Source of the DNA: the human T2T-CHM13v2.0 reference genome, Homo sapiens
Reading direction: 5' to 3' (one strand)
Assembly: GCF_009914755.1 (NCBI RefSeq)
Contig: NC_060933.1
Length of the DNA: 64,000 nucleotides
Shown one piece after another: positions 38,961 to 64,000 of this stretch. The notes under the pieces were generated by a model. That model saw nothing but the letters and a program-made list of their open reading frames with translations, made no database searches and was not told where the DNA came from. The stretch's first letter is position 1. Each line of letters begins with the position of its first letter. Both the position numbers and the translations under genes were made by a program.

Positions 38961-39141
38961 AGTTCAGCCTTGGAAACATAGCAAGACCTCATCTCTAAAT
39001 AAAAATAAAAATAGACCAAGCATAGAGGCTCACATCTGTAATCCCAGCACGTTGGGTTGCCAAGGTAGGAGGATCACTTGAGCCCAGTATTTCAAGACCA
39101 GCTTGGGCAACACAGGGAGATCTCATCTCTACAAAAAGTCA

Positions 39142-39485
<344 letters not shown>

Positions 39486-39814
39486 TCACAAGGTCAGGAG
39501 TTTGAGACCAGCCTGGCCAACATGGCAAAACCCCGTGTCTACTAAAAATACATAAATTAGTCGGGCATGATGGCACGCGCCTGTAGTCCCAGCTACTCTG
39601 GAGGCTTGAACCTGGGAGGCAGAGGTTGCAGTGAGCCAAGATCATGCCATTGCACTCCAGCCTGGGCGACAGAGCGAGACTCCATCTCGGAAAAAAAAAA
39701 AAAAAAAAAAAAAAAAAAGACTTCCCCTGACAGGAATAGCTAAAAGTAAGTAAGGAGGCAATTTGTTAGCAATCTAGGGAAAAAGATTTAGAACCACACT
39801 GCACTCCATATACC

Positions 39815-40272
39815 TGTTAATTTAAATATCAGAGAGAGGCTCTCTAAAGAAAATGGTATTTATTCAGGAATAAGGCATTGCAATGGGAATTCACATACCA
39901 TAGTAAACTATGTGTGTATTCGGGAAAGTAAAGGAGGACAAAGATTTTCAAAGGAAAGATAAGAATTGCACAATTGTTTTGAGATAATTATCCTTGGCTA
40001 TGAATCCAAGGATTAATAAAAAGGATCATGCTAGTTTGAGGTTGGGCAGGCAGTTGTTGGGCAAATGTCCTTTGCAGAAGTATTTTTTGTATACGATTGT
40101 GGGCCGTTGTCCAAGGTTGCAGTTTGGCAGTCTTCTGTGACAGTTTCTGTTATCAGGCATTTATGTATCAGAATCTTCTCTTCATGGTCTTCCTCAGCAC
40201 TATTTGTCAGAGTTTTTTTCTTCTTCTTGTTTTCACACAAGTGACTCGATTTTGATTCTGACAACGTTCATA
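39815..40272 (-). mobile_element. Complete solo LTR, MER31-like (ERV1)
   Basis: Minus strand begins TATGAACGTTGTCAGAATCAAAATCGAGTCACTTGTG and ends TTAACA. The 4-bp TSD TACC (39811-39814, 40273-40276) is typical of ERV1. Confidence 0.75.
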
Positions 40273-41034
40273 TACCAAGTGGCTTAAGACAATAGGGAAA
40301 AGCTAACATTTGTTGTCTGTCAGGCACAGTTCATCTTATCTTTATCCCAATTATAAATATTCAAGGTAATTTGTCTGATTTTACAAAACAGGGAGTAGAG
40401 GACACATTAAATAGGTGACCCAGGATTCTAAACTTTTATTCCAAAGCCTGTGCTCTTTCTACTAAGCCAAGCTGCCACTCTATAGAAAATTGTCATTTTT
40501 TTTCTTTTTTTGAGACAAGGTGTTACTCTGTCACGCAGGCTGGAATGCAGTGGCGGGATCAGGGCTCACTGCAGCCTGGACCTCCTGGGCTCAGGTGATC
40601 CTCTCACCTCAGCCTCCCCAGTAGCCAGGACTACAGGTGAATGCCAACACGCCTGGTTAATTTTTAAATCTAATTTAATTTAATTTTTGTAGAAATGGGG
40701 TCTTGCTATGTTGCCCAGCCTAATCTTGAACTCCTGGCCCCAGTGATCCTCTTGCCTTGGTCTCCCAAAGCACTGGGGCTACAGGCTTCAGCCACCATCC
40801 CTAGCCCTCTATGTAACATTAAAAAGACCAAAATTAATGATAGATCAGGGGAGAAAAACACAAATTTATAAATTATTAATATTTTTACCATAAAAAGAAC
40901 TCATACAAATTGACAAAAACACTGAAAATTCAGTAGATAAATGGACAAACATACCACAGTTCCCAAAAGTGGGAATACAGCTAACCAGCAAACAGGTGGA
41001 AAAATATTATACCTCACTAGAATTAATTAATTAA

Positions 41035-41269
<235 letters not shown>

Positions 41270-41335
41270 TGATCTGCCTGCCTCCGCCTCCCAAAGTGCT
41301 GGAATTACAGGCGTGAGCCACCGTGCCCAGCCTAC

Positions 41336-41494
41336 TTTTTTTTTTTTTTAATGATACTTTAAGTTCCAGGGTACATGTACACAACATGCAGGTTTGTTAC
41401 ATATGTATACATGTGCCATCTTGGTGTGCTGCACCCATTAACTCGTCATTTACATTAGGTATATCTCCTAATGCAATCCCTTCCCCTTCCCCCC
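41336..41494 (-). mobile_element. L1PA 3' terminal fragment
   Basis: ATACTTTAAGTTCCAGGGTACATGTACACAACATGCAGGTTTGTTACATATGTATACATGTGCCAT. Confidence 0.9.
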
Positions 41495-41830
41495 TAGAAT
41501 TTATTTTATTATATTTTATTTTTTTGAAACATCCCACTCTGTCGCCGAGACTAGAGTGCAGTGACATGATCACGACTCACTGCAGCCTCAACCTCCTGGG
41601 CTCAAATGATCCTTCTGCCTCAGCCTCCCAAGTAGCTGGGACTGCAGGCATGAGCCAACAGGCCCAGCTAATTTTTTTATTTTTTGTGGAGATTAAGTTT
41701 CACTATATTGTCCAGGCTGGTCTCAAATTCCTGGACTCAAGCGTTTCTCCCACTTCGGCCTCCCAAAGAGGTGGGATTACAGGTGTGATACAGAGCATTC
41801 AGCCACTACAAACTTTTTTTTTTTTTTTGA

Positions 41831-41932
<102 letters not shown>

Positions 41933-42273
41933 TGAGTAGCTGGGATTACAGGTGCATGCCACCACCCCTGGCTAATTTTTTGTATTTGGAGTAGAGATGA
42001 GGTTTCACCCTGTTGGTCAGGCTGGTCTCGAACTCCTGACCTTGTGAACTGCCTGCCTTGGCTTCCCAAAGTGCTGGGATTACAGGCGTGAGCCACTGTG
42101 TCTGGCCGCCACTAGAAATTTTTAAATGCAAATAATAATAACAATACACATGTTGGCCGGGCACGGTGGCTCACGCCTGTAATCCCACCACTTTGGGAGG
42201 CCGATGTGGGTGGATCACGAGGTCAGGAGATTGAGACTATCCTGGCTAACACGGTGAAACCCCGTCTCTACTA

Positions 42274-43264
<991 letters not shown>

Positions 43265-43271
43265 TCAGCTA

Positions 43272-43442
<171 letters not shown>

Positions 43443-43923
43443 TCACTTCTCTGTAATTTCAAATTGCTTTTAATACTCAGGTCTTACACCCAGCGAGGTG
43501 GCTCACGCCTCTAATCCCAGCACTTTGGGAAGCCAAGGCGGGTGGATCACGAGGTCAGAAGTTCAAGATCAGCCTGGCCAATATGGTGAAACCCCATCTC
43601 TACTAAAAATACAAAAATTAGCCGGGCATGGTGGCGCGCGCCTGTAGTCCCACTACTCTGTAGGCTAAGGCAGGAGAACTGCTTAAACTCGGGAGGCGGA
43701 GGTTGCAGTGAGCCGAGATTACGCCACTGCACTCCCGCCTGGGTGATACAGCGAGACTCCATCTAAAAAAAAAACAAAACCAAACCTCAGGTGTTACTTT
43801 TATGATCTAAATAATGTTTAAGCAAATATTTAGGGCTATTGAAGGTTGTACGCTTTCAGAGAGAAATCCATTGTATATGAATATGAACATAATAGCTTAT
43901 GAGGGAAGATCAGATTTCTAGGA

Positions 43924-44374
<451 letters not shown>

Positions 44375-44584
44375 TGAGCCCAGCTAATTAAAAAAAAATT
44401 TTTTTTGAGACGGCACGATCTCGGCTCACTGCAACCTCCGCCTCCCGGGTTCAAGCGATTCTCCTGCCCCAGCCTCCTGAGTAGCTGGGACTACAAGTGT
44501 GTGCCACCATGCCCAGCTAATTTTTTGTATTTTTAGTAGAGACGGGGTTTTACTGTGTTAGCCAGGATGGTTTCGATCTCCTGA

Positions 44585-45103
<519 letters not shown>

Positions 45104-46469
45104 TAGAGGCGCACAACAGCATGCTTGTTTAATTTTTGTATTTTTTGTACAGACGGGGTTTCATCATGTTGGTCAGGCTGGTCTTGAACTCCTGATCTCA
45201 GGTGATCTGCCCACCTTGGCCTCCTAAAGTGTTGGGATTACAGGTGTGACCCACTGCACCAGGCCCAGAATCAGAACTTAAACTCAAGTCTTCCTAAATT
45301 TAAACACAGTGCTTTATTTTCTCCAACACCATTAGTGTTTTTGCCTTCTCCTCCTCCCCACTGGACATAAAGCTTCTTGAAAACAAGGACTGCGTTTTTT
45401 CATGTGTGTATTTCTTTTGTCATAGAGACGGGATCTCACTATGTTGCCTAGATTGGTCTCAAACTCCTGGCCTCAAGTGATCCTCCCACCTCGGTCTTGC
45501 AAAGTGTTAGGATTACAGGCATGAGCCAGTATGCCTAGCCTCATGTCTGTATTTCTAGCACCTAGCATGAGATTTAGCTCATAGTAAGCACAAAATAAAT
45601 ATTTTTTAAATGAAGAGCGATGTTTCTGAAGACATATTGTAAGATGTCTCTGTTTTGCACTTTCACATTTTGCTTACAGGGAGGATTGTAGAAAGCAATA
45701 CACGCCCACCTACATATACAAGTTAGAATTTATCAAATTCTAGAGGTGAAAGGAATTTAAGACGAGTTTGACCTAGGATTTATTGTTTCCCCACTATGTG
45801 CCTAGCTGTGTTCTGGGTGCTGTGAAGAATAAAAAAAAAAAAAAATCTTTGACACAATGTTTCACAATGCTAGCACAATACAGTATGTTCTAAATAAATG
45901 TCTAATGAAAAAAGGAAGAGAGACAGACTAGGAGAAGGTTACAGGCCAGGAGTTTGAGCCCAGCCTGGGCAACACTGGGAAACCCCGTCTCTACAAAAAA
46001 TACAAAAATTAGCTGGGTGAGGTGGTGTGGTGGACAGATAATCCAGGCAGTCAGGAATTCCCGATCTGATTGTACAGGATCTTATATGCCAGGCTAAGGA
46101 ATTTATTTCCTCCTGTTACTAATCCCTGCTAAAATCCTCTTTCTATAAAAATTTGAATGTCAATAGGGGTCTCCAGAAGTAGACCTCCTTAGAGGTCTAC
46201 TCCTCCAGAAAAGCCTCCTTAGAGATACAGAGGAATGAAGTGCTAATGGTGGGATGACAGGTGGTGGTATGATATTTTAGATGAGGAGGCCACACCCTCA
46301 GATCCTCTGCTGATATGCCGCCAGTTCTGCCAACTTGAGGGTGGGCCAGCTGTGGTCACTAAAGAAAGAACACTTTTGATGGCACTCACTTGCATATCAA
46401 CTTTAAATTAGTTAACTTAAGCAAAACTCTTCCATTGCTCTTCCAAGAATGAACACATGGTAGTCATGA

Positions 46470-46643
<174 letters not shown>

Positions 46644-47038
46644 TAGTAGAGACGGGGTTTTACTGTTAGCCAGGATGGTCTGGATCTCCTAACCTCGTGA
46701 TCCGCCCGCCTCGGCCTCCCAAAGTGCTGGGATTACAGGCGTGAGCCACCGCAACCAGCCCGAGAAATCTGTTCTGATGAGGATGAGTATAATTCCCAGC
46801 CCAGCCAGAAAAGAAAACATGCCGCCCACAGCACACTAGGGAGGGAAGAAGGGGGCTTGACAACCTGTTTGGCCCAGACCTTCCCCAACATTCCCCCAGT
46901 CAAATGATAACCTCCTAGCAGCTTGGGCCTTGTTTCAGGCCAAAGATAGTTCAGTATGGCCTTCTGCAAGGACAGAATGGCTACACCTGTGGGCTCCTTA
47001 AAAGCAAGACCAGGCCAGGCAGTGGCTCATGTCTGTAA

Positions 47039-47317
<279 letters not shown>

Positions 47318-48038
47318 TGATCCACCCGCCTTGGCCTCCCAAAGTGCTGGGATTACAGGTGTGAGCCACCACGCCCGGCCAAGCCCAGGATTTCAAGACC
47401 AGTCTGGGCAACATAGTGAGACCCTGTTTCTAAAAAAAAAAAAAACAACAACAAAAAAAAAACGCCTTTTGGCTGAAAAACCACAATACTTCTCAACATT
47501 TCTGATACTGAGCTCTGCTCTTGGGAAAACTGTAATGGTCATATATCTTGGAAATGACTCCTGAGCCCAAATCCATCTTCCTGGCAGTGAAGGAAATATT
47601 ATCATTATTTTAAAGAGGAAGATTTGAGGCCCAGAGAGATTAACTGCTATTCTTTCCTCTCCCTAGAATGCCCCTTTGACAAGCAATTATTGTTGTTCAC
47701 TAAATAAATGCCTGAGACTATATTAGGTAGTGGGAGACAATATATCATATTTTGTCTTCAGGGTCTTCATAATCTAACAGGTAAACAGATATGCAAATCC
47801 TTTAAGTATGTGGAAATAGAGAATTGTACCAGAAGGGGCAGGGCACCAGGTAAGGCCTCAGAGAGGAGAAACTAAGTGTGCAGGATATGAAAAGATTGAG
47901 ATTTCTCCAGTTAGGTTTGGTTGTTTCTTATCAAGTACAAATTCCTGAAAGAAATCTTAAAGAGCTCAACTTTTCAGGCTGGGCATGGTGGCTCACGCCT
48001 GTAATCCCAGCACTTTGGGAGCTGAGGTGGGCAGATCA

Positions 48039-48350
<312 letters not shown>

Positions 48351-48401
48351 TCAGGAGATGGAGACCATCCTGGCTAACACAGTGAAACCCCGTCTCTACT
48401 A

Positions 48402-48596
<195 letters not shown>

Positions 48597-48739
48597 TCAA
48601 TTTTTCAAGCCAGATAATACTATGGGTCAATGGTCACTCTAGGATATGGAGATTTTCACCCTGGTCCAGTCAGCTGAGGTTGGTGGTCGTAGCAGGTCAT
48701 GTGACCTGCCCAGGGCTGCACCTTCAGTAGGGGCCATCA

Positions 48740-49171
<432 letters not shown>

Positions 49172-49174
49172 TTA

Positions 49175-49375
<201 letters not shown>

Positions 49376-49788
49376 CTACAAGAAATTTAAAAATTAACCA
49401 GGTGTGGTGGCACATGCCTGTAGTCCCAGTGGACGACTGCCTGAACCTAGGAGTTTGAGAGTAGCCTGGGCAACATGGGGAAACCCTATCTATAAAAAAT
49501 TTTATATATATATATATATATAAATTAGCTGGGCATGGTGGTGCACACCTGTAGTTCCAACTATTCAGGAGACTGACCTGGGAGGACCACCTGAACCTGG
49601 GGAGGTCAAGGCTGCAGTGAGCCATGATTGTGCCAGTGCACTCCAGCTGGGTGACAGAGCAAGACCCTGTCTCAAAACAAACAAAACAAAACAGCAACAA
49701 AAAACACCACACAATAAAAAACTCAACAATCAACAAAACAAGCCCTAATATGTAGCATGTGCTGATTTCTGTGGCATAAATATCCCTA

Positions 49789-49917
<129 letters not shown>

Positions 49918-49920
49918 TCA

Positions 49921-50151
<231 letters not shown>

Positions 50152-50184
50152 CTACATCAACCTACAATATAATGCTGGAAGTGG

Positions 50185-50505
50185 AGAGTGAAGTAGTGGA
50201 GAACTCTGACTCCAGTGCAGGCAAGTTACTTTATCTCTCTGGGCCTCAGTTTCTTCATCTGTAAAATGAGATGATACTAATGCTTCCTCCATAGAGTCAT
50301 TAAGGGGATTAAATGTGAATATATGAAAATGACGTATGGCAGAGGCTAACATTCCGTACCTTTTAGCTATTGTTAGCCTCTACTATTAATTTACTGTGTG
50401 ACCTTGGGCAAGACTCTTTCTATCTCTGCATCTTAGTTCCTTCACTTTGTAAAACAAAGAGGTTTTATTGTAAATAATCTTTGACATCCTTCCAGCTCTA
50501 AAAAT
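50185..50505 (+). mobile_element. Two MIR fragments
   Basis: GGCAAGTTACTTTATCTCTCTGGGCCTCAGTTTCTTCATCTGTAAAATGAG and TGTGTGACCTTGGGCAAG. Confidence 0.75.
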
Positions 50506-50509
50506 CCTA

Positions 50510-50941
<432 letters not shown>

Positions 50942-50981
50942 TCAAAAAAAAAAAAAAAAGTAAAGTTAAAAGTAATTATCA

Positions 50982-51291
<310 letters not shown>

Positions 51292-52313
51292 TCAGCCTTT
51301 GCCTCACTCAGTCTGGGAAAACTTCTCTGGGGCCAAAGCTTCCCGGCATCTGGGACTCTTTTCCTCTAACTGGCAGGCCCAGGTGCTGGTCAGTTCTGGC
51401 TGAGTCATTTGTAAACCTGCTAGGTGCCTGGTTTAGAAACTTTCTGATTCTTCCCTCTTGGGAGGGTCCTAGGGGAAAATGTCTTTTTCTTTTTTTCTTT
51501 GTTTCATGGAGAGAAACAAAAACAGAAAGAAACAGAAATACAGAGAGAAACCTAGAGGCACTATTAATAGAAAGAGACTGAGAAAAAAACACCAGGAGAA
51601 AGATTTTTCTGACATTTTTTTTTCTAACAAGAGAAGACAAATACAAACAGAGCTGAAGATAAAATAAAAGCTGATTCCCACCACAACTCTGCAGAATTTC
51701 TTGGAAAGGATCCTGTTTCAAATAAATACACATGCAGTACAGATGGCGGTATTTCTTGCTTTTTTCCCTACTCTTAACTCTGGGATATTTTGAGCATGCA
51801 CCTTCCTCCAGCCCAAATGCCCAGTGGAATAATCTTACCTACGTTTCCATTCAGGCCCAATCCTCCTGGTTGAATTCCATAGGAGTTAGAATTATTATCA
51901 CCTTTTATCACCTTAGAACCAAAGATTCTAAGAGCGAAAAATGACTTTAGAGCACACCTCCTCTTCCTGCAATATTTTACATATGAGAAAACCGAAGCTC
52001 AGAGAGGTTAGGTAACTTACTGAGATCCTACAGACAAATGACAGAGCCAGGTTAGATGGCAATCTGTAGTAAGATACATGTCCTTATTTATCAGGTCCCC
52101 AGCAAGAAAGAGATGGATAATTGAGGAGAGTTTAATAACGACAACGAGAGATGTTACAGTGCCCGAGGGCCAGTGACAGTGTGGAAACCTGATCACTATT
52201 GGGCTTCAGGGGACAACAGGAAGGGAGCAGCAAACAAATGAGAAGGGTCACCTGACAGGGGTCTGCAGTGACTCCACTTTTAGGAAGGTGGGGTGTCAGT
52301 GGAAAATAAATAA

Positions 52314-52445
<132 letters not shown>

Positions 52446-52764
52446 TAAAGGCACGCGCTGCCATGCCCAGCTAATTTTTATATTTTTAGTAGAGATGGGG
52501 TTTCGCCATGTTGGCCAGGTTGGTCTCGAACACCTGACCTCAGGTGATCTCCCCACCTCAGCCTCCCAAAGTGCTGGGATTACAGGCATGAGCCACGGTG
52601 CCCGGCCATAAATAACCTCTTGTCCCAATCCTCTTTCCTCCTAATCTCCATTGGGAGAATTTAACCAGAAGGCAGAGGACAAGAAGGCCTACTGATAGAC
52701 CAGGAGTACCCAGTAGGGCAGAGAGTAGATCTGGAGGGGTACATGGAAGCACACCTATCATCAC

Positions 52765-52796
<32 letters not shown>

Positions 52797-52798
<2 letters not shown>

Positions 52799-52897
52799 TG
52801 AGATGGAGTCTAACTTTGTCGCCCAGGCTGGAGTAAAGTGGTGAGATCGCACCACTGCACTCCAGCCTGGGTGGCAGAGCGAGACTCTGCCTCAAAA
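52797..52897. repeat. Spacer-less Alu-derived quasi-palindrome: two Alu 3' ends joined head-to-head at GATC 52845-52848
   Basis: GAGATGGAGTCT...GGCTGGAGTAAAGTGGTGA-GATC-GCACCACTGCACTCCAGCC...AGACTCTGCCTC. Confidence 0.85.
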
Positions 52898-55161
52898 AAT
52901 TAAAAAAAAAAAAAACAAGGAAGAGAGAAGCTGGAGTCTTGGGACCTATGAGCAGATAGTTTAGTGGAAGCCTGGGAGGCCCTCTCCTCCTTCTGTGGAG
53001 CAAAAAGTCACCTCTCCAGGGACCTCTTTGACTTGACAGATCCCTTTGGCTGTATCCTGTCTCCTGCTCTCCCTACCTCTAGAATCACCTCCCTACCCTA
53101 AAGCCAAAGGAGTCTGAGGCAGAGTCAAGACTCTCAGAAGCAAGTTAAACCAGTTCCTGCAGGCCCTGACATGCCCTGCTGAATAGCCCCTGCAGAAAAT
53201 TCCTGTCCTCAGCTGTAGCCACAGCTGGCTACTGATGGTAAGAAAGAGACCTGAGGAGGGGAGAGATCTCAAGGAAAACACAAGTCGACACCTTCCTTCA
53301 AATACAGATAGAGCCAAACTGGACTTTTAGGAGCTGAGACCGTGCCTGTGGGGCAAAGCTAACACTCAAGTCACCTCTTTCTTGGTCAGCATAGTGGCTA
53401 CTTCTGCCTGAAAGGACATCTCCAAAGAGCACCAATGCCTGTTTCTTGGGGCCTCCATCCAACTGTGTCAGCTCAGATCCTAGCAGAGCTCCCGGTGTTC
53501 TCTGAGAAGCTGCCTCCCAGCAATATCTGAGAGCCCAGGTTTCAGTTTCTTCCTCCAGGTTGCTCAGGTCCCCTGAGTCCCGGGGAAAGGCCACACATGG
53601 CTTATTCCTCATGCAGGCAATATGGCTGGGTGTCTTGCCTCACTGTGGTTATATAGGGTAGGCTACAACCAGGGGGAGTACAGAGGTTAATGGTTCAGGA
53701 TTGGGTAAAGGCCTGGCTGGAGGCTTGAGGGCTTGGAGCTTGGTGTAAAAGTTACCTCCCCCTGTTTCTGGTGCTTCAGAGTCAAAATTATTTGGCCTGA
53801 CTTTAAGTGAGGGAGTTCTGCCATCTCTCCTGGACTGTAAGAGCTCAGCCGATGACTCAGGGAGCCCTAAGAATGCTTTACAGCTGTGCTCTGTAAACAC
53901 CGTCACGTTTTATGTTGCAGAAGTTCACAGTCAGCCAAGAGATTTAGTTACCTGCCTGCAGTCAAAAGCTGGTTAATGATTAGAAACAGGATTTAACTGG
54001 GAGCTTCAACCTCAGATCCAGTGCTCTTTCTCTAAGCTGCCTCCTACCTAACTCCTCCAATGCTCTATTTATTTATTTCAGATAGGGTCTGGCTCTGTCA
54101 TCCAGGCTGAAGTGCAGTGGTGCAATCATAGCTAACTACAGCCCCAAACTTCTTGTGCTCAAGCGATCCTCCCATCTCAGCCTCCTAAGTAGCTGGGACT
54201 ACAGGTACGTGCCACTTGTAGTGATTTTTAAATTCTTTTTTTAATAGAGATGAGGTCTTGGTATGTTGACTAGGCTGGTCTTGAGCTCCTGGCCTCAAGC
54301 AATCCTCCTACCTCAATCTCCCAAAGCGCTGAGGTTAGGTATGAGCCACCGCACCCCACCTCAATTTATTGAATTTGGTGATCCAGTGATCCAGTGGCAA
54401 CATTCCATTCCTTCCACAATAAGATCTATTTGGCTTTAAACAAAACACACACACTTCTGAGAAGCTGTATGCTCACATCTTTGTAAATCAAATCTGCAGA
54501 TAAATGCAGAGGGAAGCTTGATTCAAGGATTGCTACTCTGAAAACCTCAATAAAGTGAAATAAAACCCCAAAAACTCCTTCGAGTTTGAGACCAGCCTGA
54601 GCAATAAAGAAAATCCTGTCTCTAAAAAAAAAAAAAAAAAAATTAGCCATGCAGGGTAGTGCATGCCTGTAGTCCCAGCTACTCAGGAGGCTGAGGTGGG
54701 AGGATTGCTTGAGTGACCAGGAGGTTGAGGCTGCAGTGAGCCAAGATGGGGCCACTCCACTCCAGCCTGGGCAACACAGCAAGACCCTGTCTCAAAACAA
54801 AAACAAAAAACTCTTTCACACTACAGCTACCTTCCTCTCTCCGCAGTCCCTTTAAAAGACATTTTTGTGCATATCTTTGTTTTCTCCACACTCCATGTGG
54901 AATTTATGCAGGAGAGGGATCTCCAGAAGCGAGGAGCTAAGCTCTGGCTCCCCCTACTGGGTATATGATGGATTCATTGGCCCCAAATCTCCCATAAGAC
55001 TCTGGGGCTCTCCAATCTTGTACCTGCCTGTGCTTGGAAAGCCTTTAGAAGGCAGGGCTCCCTAAGGAGAGATGTGACCGTGGAAGGCTTTCTAGAAGAG
55101 TTGGAACCTGAACTACATCTTGAAAGATTTTGACATGGGAAGTTGGTAAGCTGGTTTGTAA

Positions 55162-59800
<4,639 letters not shown>

Positions 59801-60201
59801 AAATAATACTAATTTTTCAACACCATAAATACCATTTGATAGGCTAAGAGTTCCTGATAAAGACCACAGTCACCAGTTAAATAAACTGATAGCCTCAGAA
59901 CAATAACATCAAAGCTGACATCATCTGTGATGACTCACGCAACCTCCATCATCTTTGAGAATCCTATGACATCCTGGCTAGCAACTCTAGGTCTGCCCAG
60001 GTGCCTGCAAGGCAGATTCCATAGCAAGGCAAGTTTAGGTATCTCAGGTCTTAGCTAGATCTCTTATTATCTTCTGCTATCAAAGGAGACCCAAGATAGC
60101 TGTACGTTTTCTTGGCTTGTTCAAGATGAGAAAGCATCCTAAAACTCTACAACCTGCACTTTGAAAGGATGTCTTCGAGTACAAGTTCAAAATGTTGAGA
60201 T

Positions 60202-62487
<2,286 letters not shown>

Positions 62488-62711
62488 GTTGAGATAGTTT
62501 GAAATAGGTAGGAAAAAGCAACCAGTGGTATGCAGATTTGATGATCACTTCCTCCAGTATCAATTCAGTCATGGTTCTGAGCTTTACTTTTTGCTTTTTT
62601 AAGTCTTAGCACTAATATTACAGTTTATCTGTGTATTATTGTAAGAGAAAATATTTTCCTTTGATCTAGTGTGATTTTACAAAAATTGGTATCTAAAAAT
62701 TCCTCAGAATA

Positions 62712-63166
<455 letters not shown>

Positions 63167-64000
63167 TGAGACGGAGTCTCACTCTGTTGCCCAGGCTGGA
63201 GTGCAATGGTGTGGTCTCGGCTTTCTGCAACCTCTGCCTCCTGGGTTCAAGCGATTCTCTTGCCTCAGCTTCCTGAGTAGCTGAGATTATAGGAGCACAC
63301 CACCACGCCCGGCTAATTTTTGTATTTTTTGGTAGAGGTGGGGTTTCGCCATGTTGGCCAGGCTGGTCTCAAACTCCTGACCTCAGATGATCTGCCCACC
63401 TCGGCCTCCCAAAGTGCTGGGATTACAGGTGTGAGCAGCCACGCCTAGCCTATTATTATTTTTTGAGACAGGGTCTTGCTCTGTCACCCAGGTTGGAGTG
63501 CAGTGGCGCAATCATAGTTCACAGCAGCCTCAAACTCTTGGGCTCAAACAGTCTTCCTGTGCACCATCATGCCTGGCTAAGTTTTCAATTTTGTGTAGAG
63601 ACCAGGTCTTGCTATATTGCCCAGGCTGATCTTGAGCTCCTAGTATCATGCAATCTTTCTGCCTTGGCCTCCCAAAGTGCTGGGATTACAGGCATGAGCC
63701 ACTGCGCCTGGCCAGTTTCTTTCTTTTTTTTTTTTTTTTTTGAGACAGGGTCCTGCTCTGTTGCCCAGGCTGGAGTGCAGTGGCACAATCCTGGCGCGCT
63801 GCAGCCTTAAACTCCTGGGCTCACGTGATCTTCCTGTCTCTGCCTCCCAAGTACCTGGGACTATAGGTGGGCATCACCATGCAAGGCTAATTAATTATGT
63901 GTAGAAATGGGGTCTCACTATGTTGGCCAGATTGGTCTCAAATTCCTGGCTTCAGGCAATCCACCCCAGCCTCCCAAAGTGTTGGGATTACAGGTGTAAG

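Noticed and set aside
51469-51733. Lys/Arg-rich and hydrophobic ORFs
   Set aside because: They arise from low-complexity A/G-rich sequence, with no exon signals.

Overview
Primate, almost certainly human, genomic DNA that is extremely Alu-dense (roughly half the window by eye). I find no protein-coding exon: nearly every entry in the ORF track is an Alu or SVA translation. The window is organised around one CpG-island promoter (~28,980-30,190) driving a minus-strand gene. Its non-coding first exon is ~29,393-29,517 and its first intron runs off the left edge. From memory of the exon sequence and the neighbouring 7SK pseudogene I identify the gene as UBAP2 (9p13.3); I could not check this by alignment. 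Bases ~30,200-64,000 are intergenic. Recognisable elements include a tailless 7SK retropseudogene with target-site duplication (TSD), an older-type SVA nested in stacked Alus, a piggyBac MER75, a complete MER31-like solo LTR, and MaLR, L1, L2, MIR and DNA-transposon fragments. I see no new multi-gene biological system. The best leads are: (i) a perfect 16-bp GC hairpin in exon 1 whose loop holds an alternative 5' splice site, so donor choice would decide whether the 5'UTR is structured; (ii) the 7SK copy lying in the path of divergent promoter transcription; (iii) several Alu-mediated duplication, deletion and palindrome scars. Repeat boundaries and subfamily names were assigned by eye and are approximate.
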